From: Alphaproteobacteria bacterium
GTDB lineage: Bacteria > Pseudomonadota > Alphaproteobacteria > UBA828
DNA: 64,000 nucleotides
Assembly (NCBI GenBank): GCA_965214705.1
Contig: OZ243972.1
Span: forward strand, 288,001 to 352,000
Direction: 5' to 3'
This document shows, one piece after another, positions 51,512-60,908 of the stretch. The notes under the pieces were generated by a model, which saw only the letters and a list, made by a program, of their open reading frames with translations, did no database searches and had not been told where the DNA came from. Both the position numbers and the translations under genes were made by a program. Positions within the stretch are counted from its first letter, which is position 1, and each line of letters starts with the position of its first letter.

Positions 51512-51739
51512 TCAACCCCACAGCGGATGCGAGTCCACCCGCTGCTGGACCACGTCGCGGATGCTGTCGCGGTCGCGAATGCGCACCGGTCCACGGATGT
51601 CCTCGTCGAGATGCGCGACGTAGACGCGCTGGCCGGGATGGAGGACGTCGTCGAGGCAGTAGAGGTCGCCGATGCAGTCCCCGTCCTGATAGATGCGTGA
51701 TTCGCCCGGAGTGATGCGCTTGAAGGCGATGCGGCTCAT
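51512..51739 (-). CDS. Conserved 75-aa hypothetical protein
   Basis: RBS GAGGAGG; R(I/V)YQDGD..GD...DD.L...HL.ED.RGPVR shared with 60555-60782. Confidence 0.8.
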   Translation of the reverse strand: MSRIAFKRITPGESRIYQDGDCIGDLYCLDDVLHPGQRVYVAHLDEDIRGPVRIRDRDSIRDVVQQRVDSHPLWG

Positions 51740-52071
51740 GCGGCCCTCCTCGATTCGAGCTGCGAAGCGGCCCAGGCCGCGGCGCGGGCGAGCACGTGCC
51801 CGTGGCAGGGCAGTGGGTCGCACCAGCAGGCGAGCCGCATGCCGTCGAGCTCGGCGAGCGCCTCGAGCGCGACCTCGCCGGCGCGGATGCGCCGCCAGAG
51901 GTCGGCCCGGTAGCGCGCGATGACGTGCTCCCTCGTTCCATCGCGTCCGACCTTGAAGGGGTTCCCCCACTTGGTGCGCCGGTCGATGAGCACGGTGTTG
52001 CTGTGCACGTGCGCGTGCTCGAGCTCTTCCCTGAGCCCGGGCTCGTGCTTCAGATTGACGACGGCGTCCAT
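51736..52071 (-). CDS. DUF4326-like protein
   Basis: IDRRTKWGNPF and LACWCDPLPCHGHVL motifs. Confidence 0.85.
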   Translation of the reverse strand: MDAVVNLKHEPGLREELEHAHVHSNTVLIDRRTKWGNPFKVGRDGTREHVIARYRADLWRRIRAGEVALEALAELDGMRLACWCDPLPCHGHVLARAAAWAASQLESRRAA

Positions 52072-53088
52072 GGCCTCTCTCCTCTACTCCGGTCGGCTTG
52101 CCCGACCCTCCGCTCGCCTCTTCCTCCCGCGAAGCGGAACAGGGGCGCGAGCCGGGCGGTGAGCGCGCCGGGCCCGAGCGCCACGAGGTCGTCGTTGAAG
52201 TCCCCGCCCTCGGGGACGACGACGAGAGCGGCGACGCCGGCGCGCGCGCAGCGCCGCGCGAGGCGTTCCGCCGCCTGCTCGCCCTCGGCGTCGCTGTCGC
52301 GGGCGATGACGAGGCGGGCGAGGCCGGGCGGAGGCGCGAACGCGCCGAGGCTCCCGGCCGAGAGCGCCGCCGCGGCGGTGGTCTGCGGCACGGCGGTGAT
52401 GAGCGAGAGCACCGTCTCGATGCCCTCGCCGACCAGCAGCGACGCGTCGGGCCGTCCGAAGCGGACGGCGTGGCCGTAGATGCGCCCGAGCGCCTTGCGC
52501 GGATGGGCGACGCCCGCCTTGGCGGGCGAGCGGGGGTCGAGCCAGGTGCGCTGCACGCCGAGGATGGCGCCGTCGTCGCCGGTCGCGGCGGCGACCAGCG
52601 CCGGCAGGTGTCGGACGCTCGCGCCTTCGCGGTAGCGAAGCGCGGGGTGGAAGCGCAGCGCCGCGAAGCGGCAGCGCGCGAGACCCCGCGCCTGGAGGTA
52701 GCGCTCGGCATGTGTGCCGTCGATGGCGCGGCAGCCGCGCCAGAGGCGGCGCGCGGCCTCGCTCGCGTCGTAGGTCTCGCCCCCGTCCGTGGCCGGCGCA
52801 GCCGGCAGGGCGAGGAAGGCGCGCGCCTCGTCGAGCGCCGCGCGCAGCGTCGGCGCGCGGAGGCGGAGGCGGATGAGGTCGAGCAAGTCGCGTGCTTGCC
52901 GGTGGCCGATCGGTCCACTTCCCCGGTGTGCCGGGGCCTGCGAGGCGCACGTAGAGGGAGCGCCCGCGGGCGCCGTCGAGGTCGCCCGCGACCCAGTAGC
53001 GGCCCTGGCGGCGGCCGTGCGGCAGGTAGTGCCGGCACACGGCCTCGGCGCGCTCGCCGAGCGCGGCGGCGATGGCGGCGGCGTTCAC
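52050..53088 (-). pseudogene. Toprim-domain primase-like gene, frameshifted as given
   Basis: Paralog of 59494-60477; two single-base losses near 52890-52910 separate the GRYWVAGD N-terminus from the VGEGIET/DSD/GGDFNDD Toprim part. Confidence 0.82.
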
Positions 53089-53324
53089 GGCGCCGCTCCG
53101 GCGCAAGCGTTGCAAGATGACAGCATGGTTGGAGACTCCTCGGCCTGGCGGGGACGCCCCGATACCGGCCGCCCCTCCGGCTTTCGCCGGCGCCGGAGGG
53201 CGAACGCCACGCGCGAAGCGCGGGTGCGAGGCCCCGGCGAGGACGGACTCGAACCCGACTGCAAAGAAATTGGACCGACGCGCGAGGCGCCGGCCCGAGG
53301 TGGAGGGAGGATTGAGTGGACGAA

Positions 53325-53792
53325 TCAGAACGGCAGGTCTTCGCCGGATTCCGGCATCTGTGCCGGAGCGCCGCCCGCCGGCATGGCCTCGCCGTTCGCG
53401 GGTGCGGTCTCCGTCGCGGCGGCCGCGCCGTTAGCGCCGTTCGCCTTGTCGAGGAACTGGATCCGCGAGCCGGGCACGAGCAGGATCTCGGTCGAGAACC
53501 GGTCCGAGTCCTCGTCGTCCTTGCGCCAGCGCCGGGTCTGCATCTTGCCCGCGACGTAGACCAACCGGCCCTTCCTCGCGTTCTTGGTCAGCATGTCGAT
53601 GAGGCCGGGCTGGAAGGTCACCACCCGGTGCCACTCGGTCTTGTCGATGCGCTCGCCCGAGCTGCGATCCAGATACCCCTCGTCGGTCGCGATGCTCAGG
53701 TTGGCCACGCGGCCCCCCGAGACGAGATGGTTGACGACGACGTCGGCGCCGAGGCGGCCGATGACTTCCGCGCGATTCAATCCGAAGCTCAT
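53325..53792 (-). CDS. ssb: Single-stranded DNA-binding protein, intact (copy C)
   Basis: NRAEVIGRLGAD, TEWHRVV, KGRLVYVAGKMQTRRW, acidic tail EDLPF; RBS AAGGAG. Confidence 0.97.
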   Translation of the reverse strand: MSFGLNRAEVIGRLGADVVVNHLVSGGRVANLSIATDEGYLDRSSGERIDKTEWHRVVTFQPGLIDMLTKNARKGRLVYVAGKMQTRRWRKDDEDSDRFSTEILLVPGSRIQFLDKANGANGAAAATETAPANGEAMPAGGAPAQMPESGEDLPF

Positions 53793-54282
53793 GGGTTTCT
53801 CCTTCAGGTCAGGTTGATGACGATGGGATGCGAACGGACGGGACCGGGAGACCTTTCTCCAGACCCCTTCTCCGTTCACCCTTCTCCTGCTTCCCTCCTT
53901 CTCCATGACGGGACCGGATGGTCGGGGCAGCGCCGGACGAGGTCGTCGGCGAGCGCTTCCCGGACGGAGGGGACGTCGAGCCCGAGGTCCTCGAGGAGCC
54001 GGGTCGCCGATGGATCGATGGGGTCGTGGTCGGTGTCGATGCCGAACATGGGATGCCCTCCGCTGCGCCGCGCCCGGCAAGCGAGGAAACCACTCCCTCC
54101 GTCCTTGCCGGGCGTTCGCCCGGCCCACGCCATGCTCTGTCTCCCGGACAGGCGGGACGCTGTCGGTGGGGGAAGCGGCGGAGATGCATGGGGGCGACGC
54201 GGGTCGCCGCGGCGCTACGAAGGCCCGGCCCGGGAAGCCTCGGCGCTACCGGCCCCCGGCTGCGGACGGCGGGGTGGGCAGC

Positions 54283-54546
54283 TCAATCGCCGCCGCCGTT
54301 GCAGGAGGAACCGGCGCGCCGGCGGTGGGCGGCGAAGGCGGTCCAGGATGCTCGGTCGTGGCCGAGGCGCCGGTTCAGGCGATCGCACACGCCGAGCAAC
54401 TCGTCAGGGTTGAGCGCGATCATCGCCGTGGGAATGGTGGCGTCCATGCCCGCGACGGAGATCGCGACGCGGTGCAGGCCGTCCTCGGGGAGCTCCTCGA
54501 CGAAGAACACGAAATCCACCTCGTCGGGCAGGGTATCGGCGTTCAT
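54283..54546 (-). CDS. Hypothetical protein
   Basis: RBS GAGGGAG, protein-like composition, co-oriented with the backbone. Confidence 0.55.
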   Translation of the reverse strand: MNADTLPDEVDFVFFVEELPEDGLHRVAISVAGMDATIPTAMIALNPDELLGVCDRLNRRLGHDRASWTAFAAHRRRAGSSCNGGGD

Positions 54547-54745
54547 GGATGAACTCCCTCGGTTGCGCCGGTGCGGGCCATCGACGGGCCGGCTGGCGGT
54601 AGTGGCACGGCGGCGGAGCGGATGCCCACCGGCGGCACGGGCGGGATGCCTGTCCTCCGCGTCCCCGGTCGGCGGCGGGACGGCCAGACGTCTGTCACGG
54701 GCGCCGGCCGCGGCGGGTATCCACCGGATCGCCGGGGCACGGCCG

Positions 54746-55765
54746 TTACTCCCACCCCGTCATCGACTGCATGGGCGAGCGGTCCACAAGCACCTCGACC
54801 TGGTCCCGGGTCAGCTTCTCGAAGGCGAGATAGGCTGCCACGTCCATTTCGTCGTCGAAGACGCCGAGCGGCACGTCGGAGTCGACCGGCACCACGGTGA
54901 AGGTCGGAGGATAGATCGGCAACCCCCGGAAATGATCCGATCGCTCGTAACTGCGGCGCGCGCACGGCGCGCACCTCGCCGCGCCCTGGCTCGGCGCATT
55001 GCAGTCCGTACAGCGCCCGGTCATTTTCCGCGCCCAATACCGCCGACGGGCCGCCTCGTTCTTTCGTTCGGCGGAACGGCCTTCGAATTCGAGCGCCGAA
55101 CACGGTGCGCACCGCGAGGCGCCGTCGTTCGTCGGGCCGGCGCATTTCACGCACAACCCGGCGGACCTCCGGGCGGCGTAGAGCTCGCGGTCCGCCTCGC
55201 GTCTCGCGATGCGGCAAGGCTCGCAGGTCGTGCCGCCCTCGACGGGCGGACGGCGACCGCAACCGGTGCATAGCCCGGAATCGCGGCGGATGTTCTGGCG
55301 CCGCTTGCTGGCGAGGCGGGCGGCCCTGCGCTTGACCGCTACCGATCTGCCGCCGTACTTGAGCCCGGCACCCTTCGCCTTGCGGTATCGGATCCGGTCG
55401 GCCTCGCGCCTCTTCGCCAGACAGAGCTCGCACGTGCGGCGGCCGGGCTCGGTGGGATTGCGGCCGCATTTGCCGCACAACCCGGCCTCGCGCCGCTGTT
55501 CGGCTTCCCGGCGGGAGCGCTCGCGCTCGTACTGCCTTGCGCGGTTGGGGTCCCGTCTGGGCTGTCCCGCCGCGCGGAGACGCGCGTCGCGCGCCCGTCC
55601 GGCGGCGTTGGCCTTCTCGGCGCAGGCGCCGCAGACGGGCCGGCCGGGCACGGGTCGGCAGCGTCCGCACTTGACGCAAAGGCCGGCAGCGCGCCGTTTG
55701 GCAACCCGCCTGCGGGAGCGCTCGCGGTCTCTCTGCTTTCGTACCACCAAGTCTCGATATGCCAC
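54746..55765 (-). CDS. Arg-rich five-unit CxxC..CxxC zinc-finger protein, copy C
   Basis: RBS AGGAGG before GTG; five paired-CxxC units; C-terminal FTVV...VAAYLAFEKLTRDQVEV. Confidence 0.82.
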   Translation of the reverse strand: MAYRDLVVRKQRDRERSRRRVAKRRAAGLCVKCGRCRPVPGRPVCGACAEKANAAGRARDARLRAAGQPRRDPNRARQYERERSRREAEQRREAGLCGKCGRNPTEPGRRTCELCLAKRREADRIRYRKAKGAGLKYGGRSVAVKRRAARLASKRRQNIRRDSGLCTGCGRRPPVEGGTTCEPCRIARREADRELYAARRSAGLCVKCAGPTNDGASRCAPCSALEFEGRSAERKNEAARRRYWARKMTGRCTDCNAPSQGAARCAPCARRSYERSDHFRGLPIYPPTFTVVPVDSDVPLGVFDDEMDVAAYLAFEKLTRDQVEVLVDRSPMQSMTGWE

Positions 55766-55848
55766 AGCGTCCTCCTGGCGTGTTCGGACTTCGGACCGCG
55801 GGCGCCCCGGCCGGCTTGCCGCCGGCGGGACGCCCGGGAGAACGCCGC

Positions 55849-56184
55849 TCAGCCCCTCTGGCGGCGGTCGTGGAACATCGAGGTCGCGATGTCCCCCCAG
55901 TACTGCCTGCCGCCGCGGGTGCGCAGCCCCGTGCAGATGATGATCTCCGTGCGCGCCGGGCGCATGGCTTCGGCCTCCTCGCGCGAGACCACCATGCGCT
56001 TCGCCCTGCGCCGGCCCTTGGTCCGCGGGGCCTCGGGCTGGATCGGGCGAATGTCTCCGTCGATCAGTGCCTTGAAGCGCTCGACCACGAAGCGGTCCTC
56101 GCCGTCGAGGCCGTTGCCGAAGGTGTGAACGAGATATGTCCGGGCGCCGCCCTGAAGCGCTTCGATCGTCTGCATAAGTGTCAT
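55849..56184 (-). CDS. Conserved hypothetical backbone protein, copy C
   Basis: TYLVHTFGNGL...GDIRP...EIII...QYWG; paralog of 8578 and 21751. Confidence 0.8.
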   Translation of the reverse strand: MTLMQTIEALQGGARTYLVHTFGNGLDGEDRFVVERFKALIDGDIRPIQPEAPRTKGRRRAKRMVVSREEAEAMRPARTEIIICTGLRTRGGRQYWGDIATSMFHDRRQRG

Positions 56185-56629
56185 CTCCGTCGTGCCGATG
56201 GTCGGGAACGGCGGCAGCGCCTCTCCCCTGAGCGCCGACCGCCGCCCCGCTTCCGACCGGACTCCGACTCTCGGCGGCGCGAAGCACGTCGGGTGGCGAT
56301 AGGACGGCAAGGGGTTGCGGCAGCAAGACGGCGACGACGACTTCGGGGAAGGAGACAAGCCGCCGGCGAGGCCGATGGCGGGCGGTTCGTCGGGTTGGGC
56401 GGCAACCGTGCCGCGAGGCTTCCCGACGGCGCTGAAGCCGTGTCGGCGCTGCGATCGGCGACAGGCGGCGGCGTGCCGTCTACGCTGCGCATCCTCGGAT
56501 CCGGCGGTGTCGACGATCCGGCATCCACAGCCGAACAGGCGTTTGTGCCCGAGCCGGCGGAACGCTGGAATCCGGGGGTGAGAAGTGAGGAGGGAGTGGA
56601 GAGCGCGGCGAGTCGGGAGCGGCTGACTG

Positions 56630-57820
56630 ATGAACGCACAACAATCCAAGCCCGCGGCCTCGACGCACGGTTTCCTGTCCTACGGCTTCCGGCCCTTCTT
56701 CCTGTCCGCGGCGCTGTGGGCGCTGCTCGCCATGGCGTCTTGGGTCGCGATGCTTACCGGAAGGCTCGCGTTGCCGAGCGCTTTCGACCCGGTGTCCTGG
56801 CACGCCCACGAGGCGCTGTTCGGCTATCTCGGCGCGGTGCTCGCGGGGTTCCTGCTCACCGCCGTGCCGAACTGGACTTCCCGGCCTCCACTCGCGGGGT
56901 GGCCCCTGGCCGGCCTGCTCGCGCTCTGGGTCCTCGGCCGGGTTGCGGTCGCGGCGTCGGAATGGCTCACGCCCTTGGCGGTGGCGCTGATCGACCTGTC
57001 CTGCCTCGTCGTCCTTGGCGGCTACGTGCTGCGCGAGATCGTCGCCGGCAGGAACTGGCGCAACCTCGTGGTGATCGCGATGATCGGCGTGTTCGTCACG
57101 GGCAACGCGCTGTTCCATCGAGAAGCCGCCGACGGCGCGTACGCGGCGTCGGGCTACGGGCTGCGCATCGGCCTTGCCGCCGCGATCATGATGATCTCGA
57201 TGATCGGCGGGCGGATCGTTCCCGCGTTCACGCGCAACTGGCTGTCGGCGCGCGGCAGCGATGGGCTCCCGGCGGAGTTCGGGCGTCTCGACGGCCTCGC
57301 CCTCGCGCTCACCTTGTTCGCACTTGCCGCGTGGGTGGCGGTCCCCGAGGCATCCGCGTGCGGATATTTGCTCCTCGCCACGGGCCTCGCGCAGGCCGCA
57401 CGGCTCTCGCGCTGGTGCGGGCTGCAGACACGCCGCGAGCCCCTGCTGTGGATCCTGCACGTGGGATACGCGTTCGTGCCGCTCGGCATGCTGGGCGTGG
57501 GCGCGACAATCCTGTGGCCGGACACCTTGCCGCCCGCCTCGGCCCAGCATCTGTGGATGGCGGGCGCGATCGGCGTCATGACACTCGCTGTGATGACCCG
57601 CGCGACGCTTGGCCACGGCGGCCGGGTGCTGACCGCGGGGCCGGGGACGGCCGCAATCTATCTGCTGGTCGTTGCCTCGGTGCTCGCGAGGCTCGCCGGC
57701 GGCGTGCTCCCGGGCCATGCGATGGCGTTGTGGACGCTCGCGGGCCTCCTGTGGTGCTGCGGCTTTGCCGGGTTTATGCTTGCCTACGGACGGCTGTTGA
57801 TCGGCGCGGCGCAGCGGTGA
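56630..57820 (+). CDS. nnrS: NnrS-family heme/copper membrane protein
   Basis: GFRPFFL, WHAHE, GFLLTAVPNW, GGRIVPAFT, EPLLWILHVGY, MTRATLGH motifs. Confidence 0.95.
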   Translation: MNAQQSKPAASTHGFLSYGFRPFFLSAALWALLAMASWVAMLTGRLALPSAFDPVSWHAHEALFGYLGAVLAGFLLTAVPNWTSRPPLAGWPLAGLLALWVLGRVAVAASEWLTPLAVALIDLSCLVVLGGYVLREIVAGRNWRNLVVIAMIGVFVTGNALFHREAADGAYAASGYGLRIGLAAAIMMISMIGGRIVPAFTRNWLSARGSDGLPAEFGRLDGLALALTLFALAAWVAVPEASACGYLLLATGLAQAARLSRWCGLQTRREPLLWILHVGYAFVPLGMLGVGATILWPDTLPPASAQHLWMAGAIGVMTLAVMTRATLGHGGRVLTAGPGTAAIYLLVVASVLARLAGGVLPGHAMALWTLAGLLWCCGFAGFMLAYGRLLIGAAQR

Positions 57821-57951
57821 GCGGCGACGGCGGAAATGGCGTTCACGGCCGCCGCGCCGTGGCTCGCGAGGTACCGGCAAGGATCGCTCGGAAGATGACG
57901 ACTGCCCGCGGTTACCGCCGACGACGGCCGAGATAGCGCAGGGATCGCATC

Positions 57952-58788
57952 TTGGCAGGAGTTCGAATTTACGACGGTGCTATCCGTTCGCCGGTCGAAG
58001 TGCTGGAACGTTATCTGGATCGGGGCGGCACGACCATTATCCGTGCTGCATTCGAGCATTCTTACTTCGTCCACCCGGACGAGGTCCGACGGAAAACGCC
58101 CCTCTATCCGGATCGGGCCCGTCTCAGTCGCGAGCACTACCCGGGATCTGACAGGGGTGACCGAGGCATGTGGAAGGGTCGGGAAGTCAAGCTGGGCGAC
58201 AACTCCGCGGCTCAGAGGGCCTGGACGAGATATTCCGGCCGGAGCATCGAACGCTCTTCGGGCTACGGCGTTCGACATGTCTGGGGATACCCCTGGGATC
58301 CGGACGCGTTCACCGCCGGATGGAATCTCTGCTACATGCCCTTCTGGGCGGGGATGCTCACGGAGCGGCAACACCCCCATCCGGAACTGGAAGCGGCGAT
58401 TCGCCAGGCGGCATGGGACCTCTTCTTCCGTCAGGACCCGGTGTGCGCCCCGCCGGAGTTCGTAAACGATCCCGGGATCGATCTGGACGCGCTCCTCGGC
58501 GGACAGCCCATCCTTGTCTTGGCTGGGGGAGCGGCCCGTGCCGACCGATGCACGCTGGCGTCCGGGGCCTCAGGCGATGAGATCGACGCACGCATAAAGG
58601 AGATCAGAAGAGCCTCCAGGCAGAGTTGGTCGAACCTGCGGAAGGCCGTGCGTGCGCTCCAGGGGAAGCCGCACGAGCCCTTCGGAACCCGGAACGTCCA
58701 GGCGACAGCGAAGAGCACGGTTCGGCGTATCCAACGCGAGACGGGGCTGGATCTGACCGCACTCGCGTGTCGGCTGACGAAGAATTGA
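57952..58788 (+). CDS. Hypothetical protein, possible HNH-like nuclease
   Basis: Open 278-aa frame; RHVW...FTAGWNLCYMP resembles a beta-beta-alpha H...N pattern; start uncertain. Confidence 0.6.
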   Translation: MAGVRIYDGAIRSPVEVLERYLDRGGTTIIRAAFEHSYFVHPDEVRRKTPLYPDRARLSREHYPGSDRGDRGMWKGREVKLGDNSAAQRAWTRYSGRSIERSSGYGVRHVWGYPWDPDAFTAGWNLCYMPFWAGMLTERQHPHPELEAAIRQAAWDLFFRQDPVCAPPEFVNDPGIDLDALLGGQPILVLAGGAARADRCTLASGASGDEIDARIKEIRRASRQSWSNLRKAVRALQGKPHEPFGTRNVQATAKSTVRRIQRETGLDLTALACRLTKN

Positions 58789-58965
58789 GGGGTCGGTCGG
58801 GGGCATCCGGGAGATCTGGGACCCGGCGAGGTGGGTTGCGTGAGACATTTCGCAGGACTTGTCGCCGTGTTGCGATAGTGTTGACAAGCAGCTCGCGAGA
58901 ACCGGCCCTCATAGAATTAATTCTCTAAAAACACTAGGTTATGACGTAGAAAATCTCCTGCTCGA

Positions 58966-58980
58966 ATGTTCGAGAAGCAC
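58966..58980 (+). repeat. attR core ATGTTCGAGAAGCAC
   Basis: Counterpart of 23406-23420; preceded by AT-rich DNA and tandem GTGTTG at 58867 and 58878. Confidence 0.85.
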
Positions 58981-59214
58981 GCGAAGAAGGGCCGGCTGGT
59001 CTACGTCGCGGGCAAGATGCAGACCAGGAAGTGGCGCAAGGAGGGCGAGGACAGCGACCGGTTCTCGACCGAGATCCTGCTGGTGCCTGGTTCGCGCGTC
59101 CAGTTCTTGGATAAGCCTGCCGGCACCAACGGCAACGGTGCCCAGGCGCCCGACGGTGAGGCTGCGCCGGCCGGCGATGCCGCTACGGCAGGGACAGACG
59201 GCGTCCCGTTCTAG
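58966..59214 (+). pseudogene. ssb: ssb 3' half (copy B)
   Basis: EKHAKKGRLVYVAGKMQTRKW...DGVPF resumes where 23208-23420 stops. Confidence 0.95.
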
Positions 59215-59257
59215 TTGCCCGTCCTCGCAGCGGGCGTCCTCAGCCCGCTCGCCCCAG

Positions 59258-59296
59258 AGCCCACCCCGCGTCCCTCCCGCGCGGGGTGGGCTTTTT
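59258..59296 (+). terminator. Rho-independent terminator after ssb
   Basis: AGCCCACCCCGCG / CGCGGGGTGGGCT stem followed by a T run. Confidence 0.75.
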
Positions 59297-59493
59297 CGTG
59301 CAGCCTGATCCGAGGCCACCGTAGGCCGGACGGCGGGGCTCGCGCTTCGCGCGCCGCCCGCCGTCCCGGCGCCGACGAGAGGCCGAGCGATGCCGGGACC
59401 GGGCACGTCCCATCCAGCGGCCAGCGAGGTCCCCATGCTCTCCATCTCCGGTCCCGGCTTCGCCGGTTCCCGTTCGATCCCGAAGGGCGCGCC

Positions 59494-60477
59494 ATGAACG
59501 CGGCCGCCGTCGCCGCAGCGCTCGCCGAGCGCGCTGAGGAGGTCTGCCGCCGATACCTGCCCTACGGGCGGCGCCGGGGCCGGTATTGGGTCGCAGGCGA
59601 CCTCGATGGCGGGCGCGGGCGATCCCTCTTCGTCCGCCTCGCGCCCCCCGGCACGCCCGGCAAGTTCACCGATGCGGCCACGGGGGAACATGGCGACCTG
59701 CTCGACATCGTCCGCCATCGCGTCAACGCGCCGACGCTGCGCGCGGCGCTCGACGAAGCGCGCTCCTTCCTCGCCCGGCCGGCTGCCCCGGCCGCAGGCT
59801 CGGGCGACGCCTATGACGCCACCGAGGCGGCCCGCCGTCTCTGGCAGCGCTGCCGCGCCATCGACGGCACCCATGCCGAGGCCTACCTCGAGGCGCGCGG
59901 TATTGAGCGCTGCCGCTTCGCGGCCCTGCGCTTCCATTCCGGCCTCTTCTACCGCGACGGCGGCGGCATGCGCCGCCTGCCCGCCCTGGTCGCCGCCGTA
60001 ACCGCTCACGACGGCGACATCGTCACCGGTGTCCATCGCACATGGTTGGACCCTCGGCGTCCCGCGAAGGCCAGCGTCTCGCGCCCGCGCAAGGCGCTCG
60101 GGCGCATTTTCGGCCATGCCGTCCGCTTCGGACGCCCCGCCGACGGCGCTTCGCTCCTCGTCGGCGAGGGCATCGAGACCGTGCTGTCGCTGGTGACGGC
60201 CGTTCCGACCATCACCGCCGCCGCTGCGCTCTCCGCCGGCAGCCTGGGTGCCTTCTCTCCGCCTGCCGGCACAGCCCGCCTCGTCATCGCCAGGGACAAC
60301 GACGATGAAGGCGAGCGCGCGGCTCTCCGCCTCGCCCAGCGCTGCGCGCGGGCGGGCATCGCCACCACGGTCATCTCGCCCAGGGGTGAAGATTTCAATG
60401 ACGACCTCCTCGCGTTCGGCCCCGCCGCGCTTGCCGCCTGGACGGCGGCCGCGCTCGCAGAACGGGAGCCCGGGTGA
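59494..60477 (+). CDS. Toprim-domain primase-like protein
   Basis: YLEARGI, LRFH, GVHRTWL, VGEGIET, DND, GEDFNDD. Confidence 0.9.
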   Translation: MNAAAVAAALAERAEEVCRRYLPYGRRRGRYWVAGDLDGGRGRSLFVRLAPPGTPGKFTDAATGEHGDLLDIVRHRVNAPTLRAALDEARSFLARPAAPAAGSGDAYDATEAARRLWQRCRAIDGTHAEAYLEARGIERCRFAALRFHSGLFYRDGGGMRRLPALVAAVTAHDGDIVTGVHRTWLDPRRPAKASVSRPRKALGRIFGHAVRFGRPADGASLLVGEGIETVLSLVTAVPTITAAAALSAGSLGAFSPPAGTARLVIARDNDDEGERAALRLAQRCARAGIATTVISPRGEDFNDDLLAFGPAALAAWTAAALAEREPG

Positions 60478-60554
60478 GGGCAGCCAACGGGCGAGCCGCA
60501 TGGAGAGCAGAGAAAGTCCTCTCCGCGCCGGCATCACGCTACGGGGGGAAGACC

Positions 60555-60782
60555 ATGAGCAGCGATATCAAGTTCCGGCGGGTGAGCGAGAACGAGGCCC
60601 GCGTCTATCAGGACGGCGACTACGTCGGCGACGTCTTCCGCCAGGACGACATCCTCAACCGCGGCGCGGTGTTCCATGTGGTGCATCTCAGCGAAGACCC
60701 CCGCGGGCCCGTCAGGGTGCACGAGCGCCATCGCGTCCGCGAGGTCGCCCGACACCTCCTCGACACCCACCCGATGCTGTGA
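60555..60782 (+). CDS. Conserved 75-aa hypothetical protein
   Basis: Paralog of 51512-51739 in the same position downstream of the primase. Confidence 0.8.
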   Translation: MSSDIKFRRVSENEARVYQDGDYVGDVFRQDDILNRGAVFHVVHLSEDPRGPVRVHERHRVREVARHLLDTHPML

Positions 60783-60908
60783 GCGGTGACGAGCGCCACC
60801 GGGAGCGGCTCGCCCTCGATCCCGTTGCCGGGCCCGCGGCCGGCACCGCGCATTTCATCGCTGCGGGAGGTGCCGCGCCGCTTGCGGGAAACAAAAACAA
60901 GGGGTCCG

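Larger units (their letters stand above)
23412..58976. mobile_element. ~35.5-kb integrative mobilizable element inserted in ssb
   Basis: Complementary ssb halves on both sides, integrase at left end, MOBF relaxase, no mating-pair formation genes. Confidence 0.92.

Noticed and set aside
58966-59214. 3'-half ssb as an independently expressed mini-SSB from the attR ATG
   Set aside because: No Shine-Dalgarno-like sequence upstream and the OB fold is incomplete; treated as a fragment.
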